Below are positions 31,093 to 39,023 of a DNA stretch of 64,000 nt, in pieces. The position numbers were made by a program, and so were the translations under genes. This DNA is from Flavobacteriales bacterium (GTDB lineage: Bacteria; Bacteroidota; Bacteroidia; Flavobacteriales_F; PHOS-HE28). Under the pieces are notes generated by a model. It searched no databases, was not told where the DNA came from, and saw only the letters and a program-made list of their open reading frames with translations. The stretch is taken from positions 55,956-119,955 of the forward strand of contig JAGPDT010000001.1 of the NCBI GenBank assembly GCA_018057455.1. Reading direction: 5' to 3'. Every line of letters begins with the position of its first letter. The stretch's first letter is position 1.

Positions 31093-31108
31093 CCTGACAA
31101 CGGTCAGG
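31093..31108. promoter_or_regulatory. Candidate Crp/Fnr-family (Dnr/NnrR-like) binding site cCTGAC-aacg-GTCAGg in the divergent promoter region between the NnrS-like gene and the cyt c-nosZ operon
   Basis: A perfect 16-bp palindrome with a TGAC-N4-GTCA core is centred about 35 nt upstream of a TTTG -7-like element (31133-31136) and about 58 nt upstream of the cyt c start codon. Confidence 0.35.
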
Positions 31109-31158
31109 CCTATCTTCGCCACGGTCACGAATTTTGAACCCGCAAACCACTACGATCC

Positions 31159-31656
31159 ATGTCGCTCCCCAACACTTCCTTCCCGAAGAATTCCATCAAA
31201 GGCCTTGGCATTGCTGCCGTGCTGGCCATGGCCGTTGCCTGTGGCGGCGGTGAAGCCCCCGCCGGCGGAGACGCCACCGCCACCACGCCCGCAACCCCGG
31301 AAGCGGCCGCACCGGCCGGTGTGGACCTGATCACGGCGGACGACATCAAGTTTGCCGAACAGGTGGACCAAGGCATGGCCGCCAAAGGCAAGGAACTCTA
31401 TGAAGTGAAGTGCCAAGCCTGCCACAGCACCGGGACCAACCGCGTGGTAGGGCCGGGCTGGGCGGGGATCCTGGACCAACGCAAGCCCGAGTGGGTCATG
31501 AACATGATCCTGCACACCGATGCCATGCTGGAGACCGATCCAGAGGCCCAGGCCATGCTGGAAGAGTGCTTGGTGCGCATGCCCAACCAGAACCTCACGC
31601 ATGACGATGCCCTCAACGTGCTCGAGTTCATGCGCACCCTAACGCCGGCCAAGTAA
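31159..31656 (+). CDS. c-type cytochrome lipoprotein (class I, CQACH), a likely electron donor encoded immediately upstream of nosZ
   Basis: The lipobox is AMAVACGG and the heme site is CQACH. It is a paralog of 29236..29736, and its position upstream of nosZ is typical of clade II clusters. Confidence 0.8.
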   Translation: MSLPNTSFPKNSIKGLGIAAVLAMAVACGGGEAPAGGDATATTPATPEAAAPAGVDLITADDIKFAEQVDQGMAAKGKELYEVKCQACHSTGTNRVVGPGWAGILDQRKPEWVMNMILHTDAMLETDPEAQAMLEECLVRMPNQNLTHDDALNVLEFMRTLTPAK

Positions 31657-31690
31657 CCGGCACCACCCAAGAACAACCAACCAACAAATC

Positions 31691-33679
31691 ATGAAGAGGA
31701 GACCGTCCCATACTGCGATCCCCTTGATATTGGCCGCAGGCCTTGTCATACCCTACATGCAGGGGTGCAAGCCTACCAATACCAAGACCGCCATCACCGG
31801 CGATGCCGCCTCCAAGGTCTTTGTACCACCCGGGCAGCACGATGAATTCTACAACTTCGTCAGCGGCGGCTTCAGCGGGCAGATGTCCGTGTACGGCCTG
31901 CCTTCCGGGCGCCTGTTGCGGGACATCCCGGTGTTCTCGGTGGACCCCGAGAACGGCTGGGGTTACAGCGAGGAGACCAAGCCCATGCTGATGACCACCC
32001 ATGGCTTCATCCCCTGGGACGACTCCCACCACGTGGAGGCTTCCATGTCCGATGGCGTGCCCGACGGCAAGTACATGTTCATCAACGGCAACAACACGCC
32101 GCGGGTGGCCATGATCGACCTGAAGACCTTCCGCACGGCCAGCATCATCGAGATCCCCAACAGCGCGGGCAACCACAGCTCGCCCTTCATCACGCCCAAC
32201 AGCGAGTACCTGGTGGCGGGCACCCGCTTCAGCATCCCCATGGGCACCGATGCGCAGCGTGACGTCCCCATCGAGACCTACAAGGAGAACTTCAACAGCA
32301 CCATCAGCTTCGTGAAGCCCGATACGGCCACGAGCACCATGTCCATCGCTTTCCAGATCAAGACCCCCGCGGTGGACTTCGACCTGGCGCACGCGGGCAA
32401 GGGGCCCAGCGACGGCTGGTTCTTCTTCAGCACCTACAACACGGAGAAAGCCCACGAGCTGCTGGAGGTGAACGCCAGCCAGCGCGACAAGGACTTCATC
32501 CTGGCGGTGAACTGGAAGAAGGCCGAGCAGTATGTGAAAGACGGCAAGGGCAAGAAGATCCCCGGCAAGCACTACATGAACCACTACGACGAGTCCACCC
32601 ACACGGCCTCCAGCAAGGTGATCGAGGAAGTGCTGCAACTGGACCCCGCCGAGCTCGCCGACCTGCTCTACTTCATGCCCTGCCCCAAGAGCCCGCACGG
32701 CTGCGACGTGGACCCCTCGGGCGAATACATCGTGGGCAGCGGCAAACTGGCCGCAACCCTCCCGGTGTTCTCCTTCGCGAAGATGCAAACGGCCATTGCC
32801 AACAAGGATTTCGAGGGGGACTACGACGGCATCCCGGTGCTGAAGTACGAGAGCGTGCTGCACGGTGAAGTGAAGAAGCCCGGCCTCGGGCCCCTGCACA
32901 CCGAGTTCGACAACAACGGCTTCGCCTACAGCTCCATGTTCGTGAGCAGCGAGATCGTGAAGTGGAACGTGAAGACCCTGGAAGTGGTGGACCGCGTGCC
33001 CACCTACTACTCCATCGGCCACCTGAGCGTGCCCGGCGGCGACAGCAAGAAGCCCTGGGGCAAATACGTGGTGGCTTACAACAAGATCACCAAGGACCGC
33101 TACCTGCCCACCGGCCCCGAGCTCACCCAATCCGCCCAGCTGTACAGCATCGACGGGCCCAAGATGGAACTGCTGCTGGACTTCCCCACCACGGGTGAAC
33201 CCCACTACGCACAATCCGTGCCCGCCGACCTGCTGAAGAACAAGTCCACCAAGTTCTTCAAGATCGAGGAGAACAAGCACCCCTACGTCACCAAGGGCGA
33301 GAAGGAAGCCCGTGTGGTGCGCGAAGGCAACAAGGTGCACGTGTACATGACCTGCATCCGCTCGCACTTCGCACCGGACAACATTGAAGGGGTGAAGATG
33401 GGCGACGAGGTGTACTTCCACGTGACCAACCTGGAGCAGGACTGGGACGTGCCGCACGGCTTCGCCATCAAGGGTGCCGCCACGGCTGAACTGCTGATCA
33501 TGCCCGGTGAAACCCAAACGCTCAAGTGGGTGCCCACAAGCGTAGGCGTGAAGCCCTTCTACTGCACGGACTTCTGCAGCGCGCTCCACCAGGAGATGCA
33601 GGGCTACATCCGCGTATCGCCCGCCGGAAGCAATGTGCCCCTCACCGCCAATACCAAGAGCCCCGACGCAGGTCTCTGA
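31691..33679 (+). CDS. nosZ: Nitrous-oxide reductase NosZ (clade II, Sec-type signal peptide)
   Basis: Length is 662 aa. The signal peptide is a Sec/lipo-type (…AAGLVIPYMQGC), not a twin-arginine motif. The C-terminal CuA motif is CTDFCSALHQEM, preceded by a His-rich beta-propeller region. Confidence 0.95.
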   Translation: MKRRPSHTAIPLILAAGLVIPYMQGCKPTNTKTAITGDAASKVFVPPGQHDEFYNFVSGGFSGQMSVYGLPSGRLLRDIPVFSVDPENGWGYSEETKPMLMTTHGFIPWDDSHHVEASMSDGVPDGKYMFINGNNTPRVAMIDLKTFRTASIIEIPNSAGNHSSPFITPNSEYLVAGTRFSIPMGTDAQRDVPIETYKENFNSTISFVKPDTATSTMSIAFQIKTPAVDFDLAHAGKGPSDGWFFFSTYNTEKAHELLEVNASQRDKDFILAVNWKKAEQYVKDGKGKKIPGKHYMNHYDESTHTASSKVIEEVLQLDPAELADLLYFMPCPKSPHGCDVDPSGEYIVGSGKLAATLPVFSFAKMQTAIANKDFEGDYDGIPVLKYESVLHGEVKKPGLGPLHTEFDNNGFAYSSMFVSSEIVKWNVKTLEVVDRVPTYYSIGHLSVPGGDSKKPWGKYVVAYNKITKDRYLPTGPELTQSAQLYSIDGPKMELLLDFPTTGEPHYAQSVPADLLKNKSTKFFKIEENKHPYVTKGEKEARVVREGNKVHVYMTCIRSHFAPDNIEGVKMGDEVYFHVTNLEQDWDVPHGFAIKGAATAELLIMPGETQTLKWVPTSVGVKPFYCTDFCSALHQEMQGYIRVSPAGSNVPLTANTKSPDAGL

Positions 33680-33817
33680 CCTCACCGGAACGGAATGACA
33701 CGAATGCGCCCGGCCCCCAGCATCGAACAACGGTGTGAAGGGCCGGGCGGTTCTTTTTCAACCACCGCCCCAGGCGGTAAAAACCCGGCCGCAGCAGTTC
33801 CGAAAGCGGCACCAACC

Positions 33818-34537
33818 ATGGATCACACCCCAAGCGAAATGGTACCGTCCGAACCAGTTCAAGCGGAAACCGCCCAAGCGGCGCCCGCACCGATGTCCGG
33901 CATCCAGATCGGCCGCGTCATCCTCTTCAGGAACCTGAACCTGCCCATGCGGCCGATCTCGCGCATCCTTGCCGCCTTTGCCGCACTGGCCATGCTCATC
34001 AACCTGGTGCAGCCCATCTGGCGGATCGACCTGATGGCCCCGCAGTACCCCGAAGGGCTGGTGCTGCAGATCTTCCACGACCGCTTCGTGGGCAACGTGG
34101 ACCAGATCAACGGCCTGAACCACTACATCGGCATGGCCACCATCCACAACGAAATGTTCCCCGAGTTCGAGATCATGCGCTACGCCATCGGCCTGCTGGT
34201 GGGCTGGGGCCTGTTGGCCGCCCTGGTGGGCCGCCGCTGGGCCTTGGCCAGTTGGCTCTTCGGCCTGTTGGCCTTCGTGCTCTGGGCCATGTGGGACATG
34301 TACTCCTGGGGGTACAACTACGGCCACAACCTCGATCCCCATGCCGCCATCAAGATCGAAGGCATGACCTACCAGCCTCCGCTCTTCGGCCATAAGACCC
34401 TGCTTAACTTTGAGGCCTGGTCCTACCCCGACGTTGGCGGATACGTGCTGTTCGTTGCCATTTCATTGGCCGTGGCGGTCTTCCTCTATGAATGGCGCAG
34501 GTCCTTTGTATCGGTCATGAAGAACGAACGCAAATGA
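33818..34537 (+). CDS. nosB: NosB-like transmembrane protein (clade II nos cluster membrane component)
   Basis: It begins at internal M42 of track ORF 33695..34537 and has 4 or more predicted TM helices. Its position directly downstream of nosZ is typical of clade II. The stop overlaps the nosL start (ATGA). Confidence 0.6.
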   Translation: MDHTPSEMVPSEPVQAETAQAAPAPMSGIQIGRVILFRNLNLPMRPISRILAAFAALAMLINLVQPIWRIDLMAPQYPEGLVLQIFHDRFVGNVDQINGLNHYIGMATIHNEMFPEFEIMRYAIGLLVGWGLLAALVGRRWALASWLFGLLAFVLWAMWDMYSWGYNYGHNLDPHAAIKIEGMTYQPPLFGHKTLLNFEAWSYPDVGGYVLFVAISLAVAVFLYEWRRSFVSVMKNERK

Positions 34538-34977
34538 AGCAACTGCTTTTCACCGTTTTCCTGGCCTTGCTGGCCTCCAGCTGCTCCAAAGGGCAGCCGG
34601 AGATCAACTACGGCAACGATGAGTGCGCCCACTGCCGCATGAACGTGGTGGACGCCAAGTTCGGCGCCGCCGTACAGACCGTGAAGGGGCGCACCTACGT
34701 GTTCGACGCGCCCGAATGCCTGGTGCCCTTCACCGGGCTGAAGGGCCACCTGGTGGCCGCGGAGGTGGCCGGCTGGTACGTCAGCGATTTCGCACACCCC
34801 GGCACCTTGATCGATGCCACCAAGGCGTTCTACCTGCATGCACCCACGCTGAAGAGCCCCATGCGGGGCAACGTGGCCGCTTTCGCCACTGATGCCGACC
34901 GCAAAGAGGCCAAAAAGCATTTCCCCGGTGAGGAGGTCGATTGGGGCGCGGTGCAAAAGATGTTCGCGGAAGAATGA
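34534..34977 (+). CDS. nosL: Copper chaperone lipoprotein NosL
   Basis: MKQLLFTVFLALLASSCSKG is a lipoprotein signal beginning at internal M15. The metal-binding motif ECAHCRM is present, and the ~147-aa size fits NosL. Confidence 0.75.
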   Translation: MKQLLFTVFLALLASSCSKGQPEINYGNDECAHCRMNVVDAKFGAAVQTVKGRTYVFDAPECLVPFTGLKGHLVAAEVAGWYVSDFAHPGTLIDATKAFYLHAPTLKSPMRGNVAAFATDADRKEAKKHFPGEEVDWGAVQKMFAEE

Positions 34978-36242
34978 CCGGCTTCCGCGCCTTGCGCCCG
35001 CTGATCGCACCCCTGCTGGTGCTGTGCACCACCGGGCCGCTGGCGGCGAAAACCTGGACCGTGGGCCCCGACGGCGTCCACCGCAAGCTCGCTGAGGCCG
35101 TGGCCGCAGCCGCGCCAAGGGATACCATCCGCGTGCTGCAGGGCACCTATGCCGAAGGCACCATCCGCATCACCAAGCCCCTCACCCTCCATGGCATCGG
35201 CAAGCCGTTGGTCGATGGGGGCGGGGCCGGCGACGTCTTTGAGATCACCGCTTCGGACGTCACCATCCGCGGCTTCCGGATCACCGGCACCAAGGCCAGC
35301 AACCTCAACGACAATGCCGGCATCAAGGTGATCGCTTCCGACCGCGTGCACGTGGTGGGCAATGAACTGCTGCGTTGCTTCTTCGCCATCCACCTGTCCA
35401 AGGCCCGCGAACCGCTCATCGAGGGCAACACCATCTCCGGCGACCCCACCGTGCCCGACAGCGAGCGGGCCAACGGGGTGCACCTCTGGCAGTGCACCGG
35501 CGCCTTGATCAACAACAACACCATCACCGACCACCGCGACGGCATCTACTTCGAGTTCGTCACCAACAGCCACATCAACGGCAACACCAGCTTGCGCAAC
35601 GAGCGCTACGGGCTCCACTTCATGTTCAGCAACAACGACACCTACGCGCGCAACCTCTTCCAGCACAACGGGGCCGGCGTGGCGGTGATGTACAGCAAGG
35701 AGGTGGACATGCGCCACAACCGCTTCCTGAGCAACCGCGGCGCCAGTGCCTACGGATTGCTGCTCAAGGAGATCAACGATGTCACCATCGACAGCAACCA
35801 CTTCGCCGACAACACCACCGCCATGCTGGTGGACGGCTGCAACCGCATGGAGGCCATGGGCAATGCGTTCCGCAGCAACGGGTGGGCCATACGGCTCTTC
35901 TCCAATGCCACCGCCTGCCACTTCAGGGCCAACACCTTCACCGGCAACACGTTCGACCTGGCCACCAACGGCAACCCCGTGTACAACTCCTTCAGCGGCA
36001 ATTATTGGGACCGCTACAAAGGCTACGACCTCGACCGCAACGGCACCGGCGACGTGCCCTTTCGGCCCCTGAGCCTTTTCGCCATGGTGAATGAGCGCAT
36101 GCCCTATGCCGTGGTGCTTTCGCGCAGCCTGCTCACCGGCCTGATGGACCAGGCCGAACGGCTGATCCCCTCCATGACCCCCGAGGGGCTGGAGGACGAC
36201 AAACCCTTGATGAGACCTCCCCATGGCACGCGTGATCTTTGA
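34974..36242 (+). CDS. nosD: Periplasmic copper-binding protein NosD (right-handed parallel beta-helix)
   Basis: The signal peptide MTGFRALRPLIAPLLVLC begins at internal M12. Repeated beta-helix units of the NosD type (NNTITDHRDGIYF, NGNTSLRNERYGLHF) are present. The start overlaps the nosL stop. Confidence 0.9.
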   Translation: MTGFRALRPLIAPLLVLCTTGPLAAKTWTVGPDGVHRKLAEAVAAAAPRDTIRVLQGTYAEGTIRITKPLTLHGIGKPLVDGGGAGDVFEITASDVTIRGFRITGTKASNLNDNAGIKVIASDRVHVVGNELLRCFFAIHLSKAREPLIEGNTISGDPTVPDSERANGVHLWQCTGALINNNTITDHRDGIYFEFVTNSHINGNTSLRNERYGLHFMFSNNDTYARNLFQHNGAGVAVMYSKEVDMRHNRFLSNRGASAYGLLLKEINDVTIDSNHFADNTTAMLVDGCNRMEAMGNAFRSNGWAIRLFSNATACHFRANTFTGNTFDLATNGNPVYNSFSGNYWDRYKGYDLDRNGTGDVPFRPLSLFAMVNERMPYAVVLSRSLLTGLMDQAERLIPSMTPEGLEDDKPLMRPPHGTRDL

Positions 36243-36960
36243 AAACACCGGTAAGCTTTATGGAAGCATGTGGGCGTTGCGCGAGCTCAACGCGCGCTTC
36301 GAGCCCGGCGAGACCGTCTCCGTGATCGGCCCCAACGGCTCGGGCAAGACCACCCTGATCAAATGCCTCCTCGGCCTGGTGCATCCCACCACCGGCACCA
36401 TCCATGTGAACGGGCACAAGGTGGGGCCCGACCCCACCTACCGGCACCACGTGGGCCACATGCCGCAGATCTCCCGCTTCCCCAACGAGCTGATGATCGG
36501 CCAGCTCATCGACCTGATGGACGACATCCGCGGCAGCGACATGGCCCGCGACGAAGGCCCGCTGGTGAAGCAGCTGGGCGTGGATGCCATGATGAACAAG
36601 CGCCTGGGCACTCTCTCCGGGGGGCAGCGCCAAAAAGTGAGCGCCGTGCTCGCCTTCCGCTATGCGCCCAGCGTGCTGGTGCTGGACGAACCCACCGCGG
36701 GCCTGGACCCCTTGAGCGCCGAACTGCTGCTGGCGGCCGTGCGCGACATCAAGCGCACCGGTTGCACCGTGCTCATCACCAGCCACCTCATGGAGGAGGT
36801 GGAAGCCCTGGCCGACCGTGTGGCCTACCTCCACGAAGGCCGCCTGCAGTTCCTGCTCACACCGGAGGAGATCGTGGGGGCCACCGGCCACCAGCGCCTC
36901 TCCAAAGCCATTCCCGCCATGCTCATCCGTGATCCCCGACCGCATGTGGAAAGTTTATAA
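36223..36960 (+). CDS. nosF: ABC transporter ATP-binding protein NosF
   Basis: Walker A GPNGSGKTT, ABC signature LSGGQRQK and Walker B VLVLDEP are present. Confidence 0.85.
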   Translation: MARVIFENTGKLYGSMWALRELNARFEPGETVSVIGPNGSGKTTLIKCLLGLVHPTTGTIHVNGHKVGPDPTYRHHVGHMPQISRFPNELMIGQLIDLMDDIRGSDMARDEGPLVKQLGVDAMMNKRLGTLSGGQRQKVSAVLAFRYAPSVLVLDEPTAGLDPLSAELLLAAVRDIKRTGCTVLITSHLMEEVEALADRVAYLHEGRLQFLLTPEEIVGATGHQRLSKAIPAMLIRDPRPHVESL

Positions 36961-37711
36961 GTACACCCTGATCGACCTGGCCCGGAACAAGTTCGTGGCC
37001 GGTTGGCTGCTGCTGTTGCTGGCCATCACCACAGGTCTCTTCCAATTGGAGGACCAGCCGGTGAAGGCCATGCTCAGCCTCTCACAAGTGTTGCTCGCCT
37101 TGGTGCCGTTGGTGTCGTGCATATTCTCGATCGTGTATCTCTACGATGCATTGGAATTCACCGAGCTGCTGGCCGTGCAGCCCCTGCACCGGTCCAAGAT
37201 CCTCGGCGGCCAGATCATGGCCTTGGCCAGCGCGCTGGTGGTGGGCGCCTTGCTCGGCGCCGGCCTGCCGCTGCTGCTCTTCCTGCCCGATGCCGCCTCG
37301 CTCACCCTGGTGCTGGCCAGTATCATGCTCACCCTCGTCTTCACCGCCATCGGTGCGCTCATCGCCATCAAGAACCGCGAAAAGGCACGCGGCGTGGGCC
37401 TGGGCCTGGTGATCTGGTTCCTCTTCGTGCTGGTCTACGATGCCGTGCTGCTCTGGATCATGTTCGCCTTCAGCGATTATCCCATCGAGCCCTGGATCGT
37501 GCCCTTGGCCGCCCTGGACCCCATCGACCTCGGCCGCATCATGGTGCTCCTCAAGGTGGACCTGGCCGCGATGATGGGCTATAGCGGGGCGATCTACGAG
37601 AAGTTCTTCGGCAACGTGAAGGGCATCTTGGTGGCCATGGCGGCTCTGGCCACATGGGTGGCCGTGCCCGGCCTCTTCGCCTTCCACGCATTCCGGAAAA
37701 AGGACTTTTAG
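36944..37711 (+). CDS. nosY: ABC transporter permease NosY
   Basis: MWKVYKYTLIDLARNKFVAGWLLLLLAI begins at internal M43 of track ORF 36818..37711. Six predicted TM helices give the ABC-2 type permease topology. Confidence 0.8.
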   Translation: MWKVYKYTLIDLARNKFVAGWLLLLLAITTGLFQLEDQPVKAMLSLSQVLLALVPLVSCIFSIVYLYDALEFTELLAVQPLHRSKILGGQIMALASALVVGALLGAGLPLLLFLPDAASLTLVLASIMLTLVFTAIGALIAIKNREKARGVGLGLVIWFLFVLVYDAVLLWIMFAFSDYPIEPWIVPLAALDPIDLGRIMVLLKVDLAAMMGYSGAIYEKFFGNVKGILVAMAALATWVAVPGLFAFHAFRKKDF

Positions 37712-37849
37712 AGGAGCCTGTTGAGGATCTCTTGAACGAAGGACCCTGAGGCGATTTTCTGGCGAAGTATGGTCGGAAAAGCGTCCTCGTCCCGGCTCCT
37801 TCGGGGAGACCGGGGGGGCGAGTTTGAAGAGATCTTAAACAGGCTCCTA
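37712..37849. repeat. Long imperfect palindrome (arms ~24 nt, 2 mismatches, ~89-nt spacer with internal UUCG-capped hairpin) starting 1 nt after the nosY stop; candidate terminator or REP-like element
   Basis: aggagcctgttgaggatctcttgaac (37712-37737) matches gaagagatcttaaacaggctcct (37827-37849) in reverse complement. The spacer contains the inner hairpin ccggctccttcggggagaccgg. Confidence 0.4.
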
Positions 37850-38217
37850 GAGGTCGGCAGCATCGCTGAAGCCAGCACCGGTACCGTATACGCGGCCGGC
37901 AGGGCTGTTGGGCACATGACCTTCGATCGAATGCTTACCTCTCCGCAAGGCGTGAAGGGGGGCGTGCATACCCGGTGCCGAGCCAGCGGGATCAGGTGTG
38001 CTGCGGCCTTGTTCGGTCCAAGGGTGGCCTCGTATGCGACCAGGTCGAGCCCCGAAGTGGTGTTCTTCCGGCCACATGCCACCCCGGAAATGGCAATGGG
38101 TACACCTGGACCTGACAACAATCAACCAAAAAACTGCGAAAGCGCAATGTTGGTCCGGGGTGATCGCAGGACTTTTGGTCCATCCAAACACACCATCACC
38201 AGCAATTTCGACCTCCC

Positions 38218-38778
38218 ATGAAAACCAAGCACATTGCTCCCTTCGCCATGGCAGCCCTGCTTTTCGCCTGCGGCGAAGGCACCTCGGAAACGGCCGGAAG
38301 CGCGGCACCGGAGGCCACCGCGGCAGCCACGGCCGTGGGCCAATCCAACGTGGTGGACGACGAATCCCAGCGCAACGTGGTGCAAGTGGCCGTGGCCTCC
38401 CCGGACCACAGCACCTTGGTCACCGCCGTGCAGGCCGCCGAACTGGTCAACGCCCTCTCCAACGCGGGCCCCTTCACGGTGTATGCCCCCACCAATGCCG
38501 CCTTTGAAGCATTGCCCGCCGGTACCGTGGAAGGCTTGCTGAAGCCCGAGAAGAAGGATGCCTTGATCGACATCCTGCAGTACCACGTGGCCGTGGGCGT
38601 GTACAAGCCCGAGAACATGCAGGACGGGCAGGTGCTGGGCATGGTGAACGGCGGCAACGCCACCTTCCAAGTGAAGGACGGGCAAGTAACGATCAACGGG
38701 GCCAAGATCGTGGCCACCGTACCTGCGGCCAACGGCCTGGTCTGCGTCATCGACCAAGTGATCCTGCCCGGGCAGTAA
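38218..38778 (+). CDS. Fasciclin (FAS1) domain lipoprotein
   Basis: The lipobox is LLFACGEG. FAS1 motifs (TVYAPTNAAFEALPAG; ILQYHVAVG; VIDQVILP) are present. Confidence 0.85.
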   Translation: MKTKHIAPFAMAALLFACGEGTSETAGSAAPEATAAATAVGQSNVVDDESQRNVVQVAVASPDHSTLVTAVQAAELVNALSNAGPFTVYAPTNAAFEALPAGTVEGLLKPEKKDALIDILQYHVAVGVYKPENMQDGQVLGMVNGGNATFQVKDGQVTINGAKIVATVPAANGLVCVIDQVILPGQ

Positions 38779-39023
38779 GCAAAGGAATGCCATCGCCCTT
38801 CCTTGTTGGGGCCTGGTGAAAGTCGGCGAAGGCGTCCATCCGGGCGCCTTCGCTGTTTCCGGGTGGGCCGGTTTTCAACAGCGGATCGCTGCATAACTTT
38901 TGGCGGGCCACCGCTGAATGCCGGATCGTTCATAACGCTGTGAATGATCGGTCACCGGCCGGGGCAGGACGATGGAATGGATGGAGGAGCTTTGGCCTTC
39001 CCCACCTGACACTTTTTTCCACG

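Noticed and set aside
37769-38221. 150-aa plus-strand ORF between nosY and the fasciclin gene
   Set aside because: It runs through the long palindrome and has Gly/Arg-rich, non-protein-like composition with no signal of family membership. The region is more likely a structured non-coding 3' region.
38779-39023. Possible cobalamin riboswitch upstream of the B12-dependent RNR
   Set aside because: I could not find the conserved B12-box or the characteristic paired regions by eye. Only the direct repeats are reported, as a low-interest finding.
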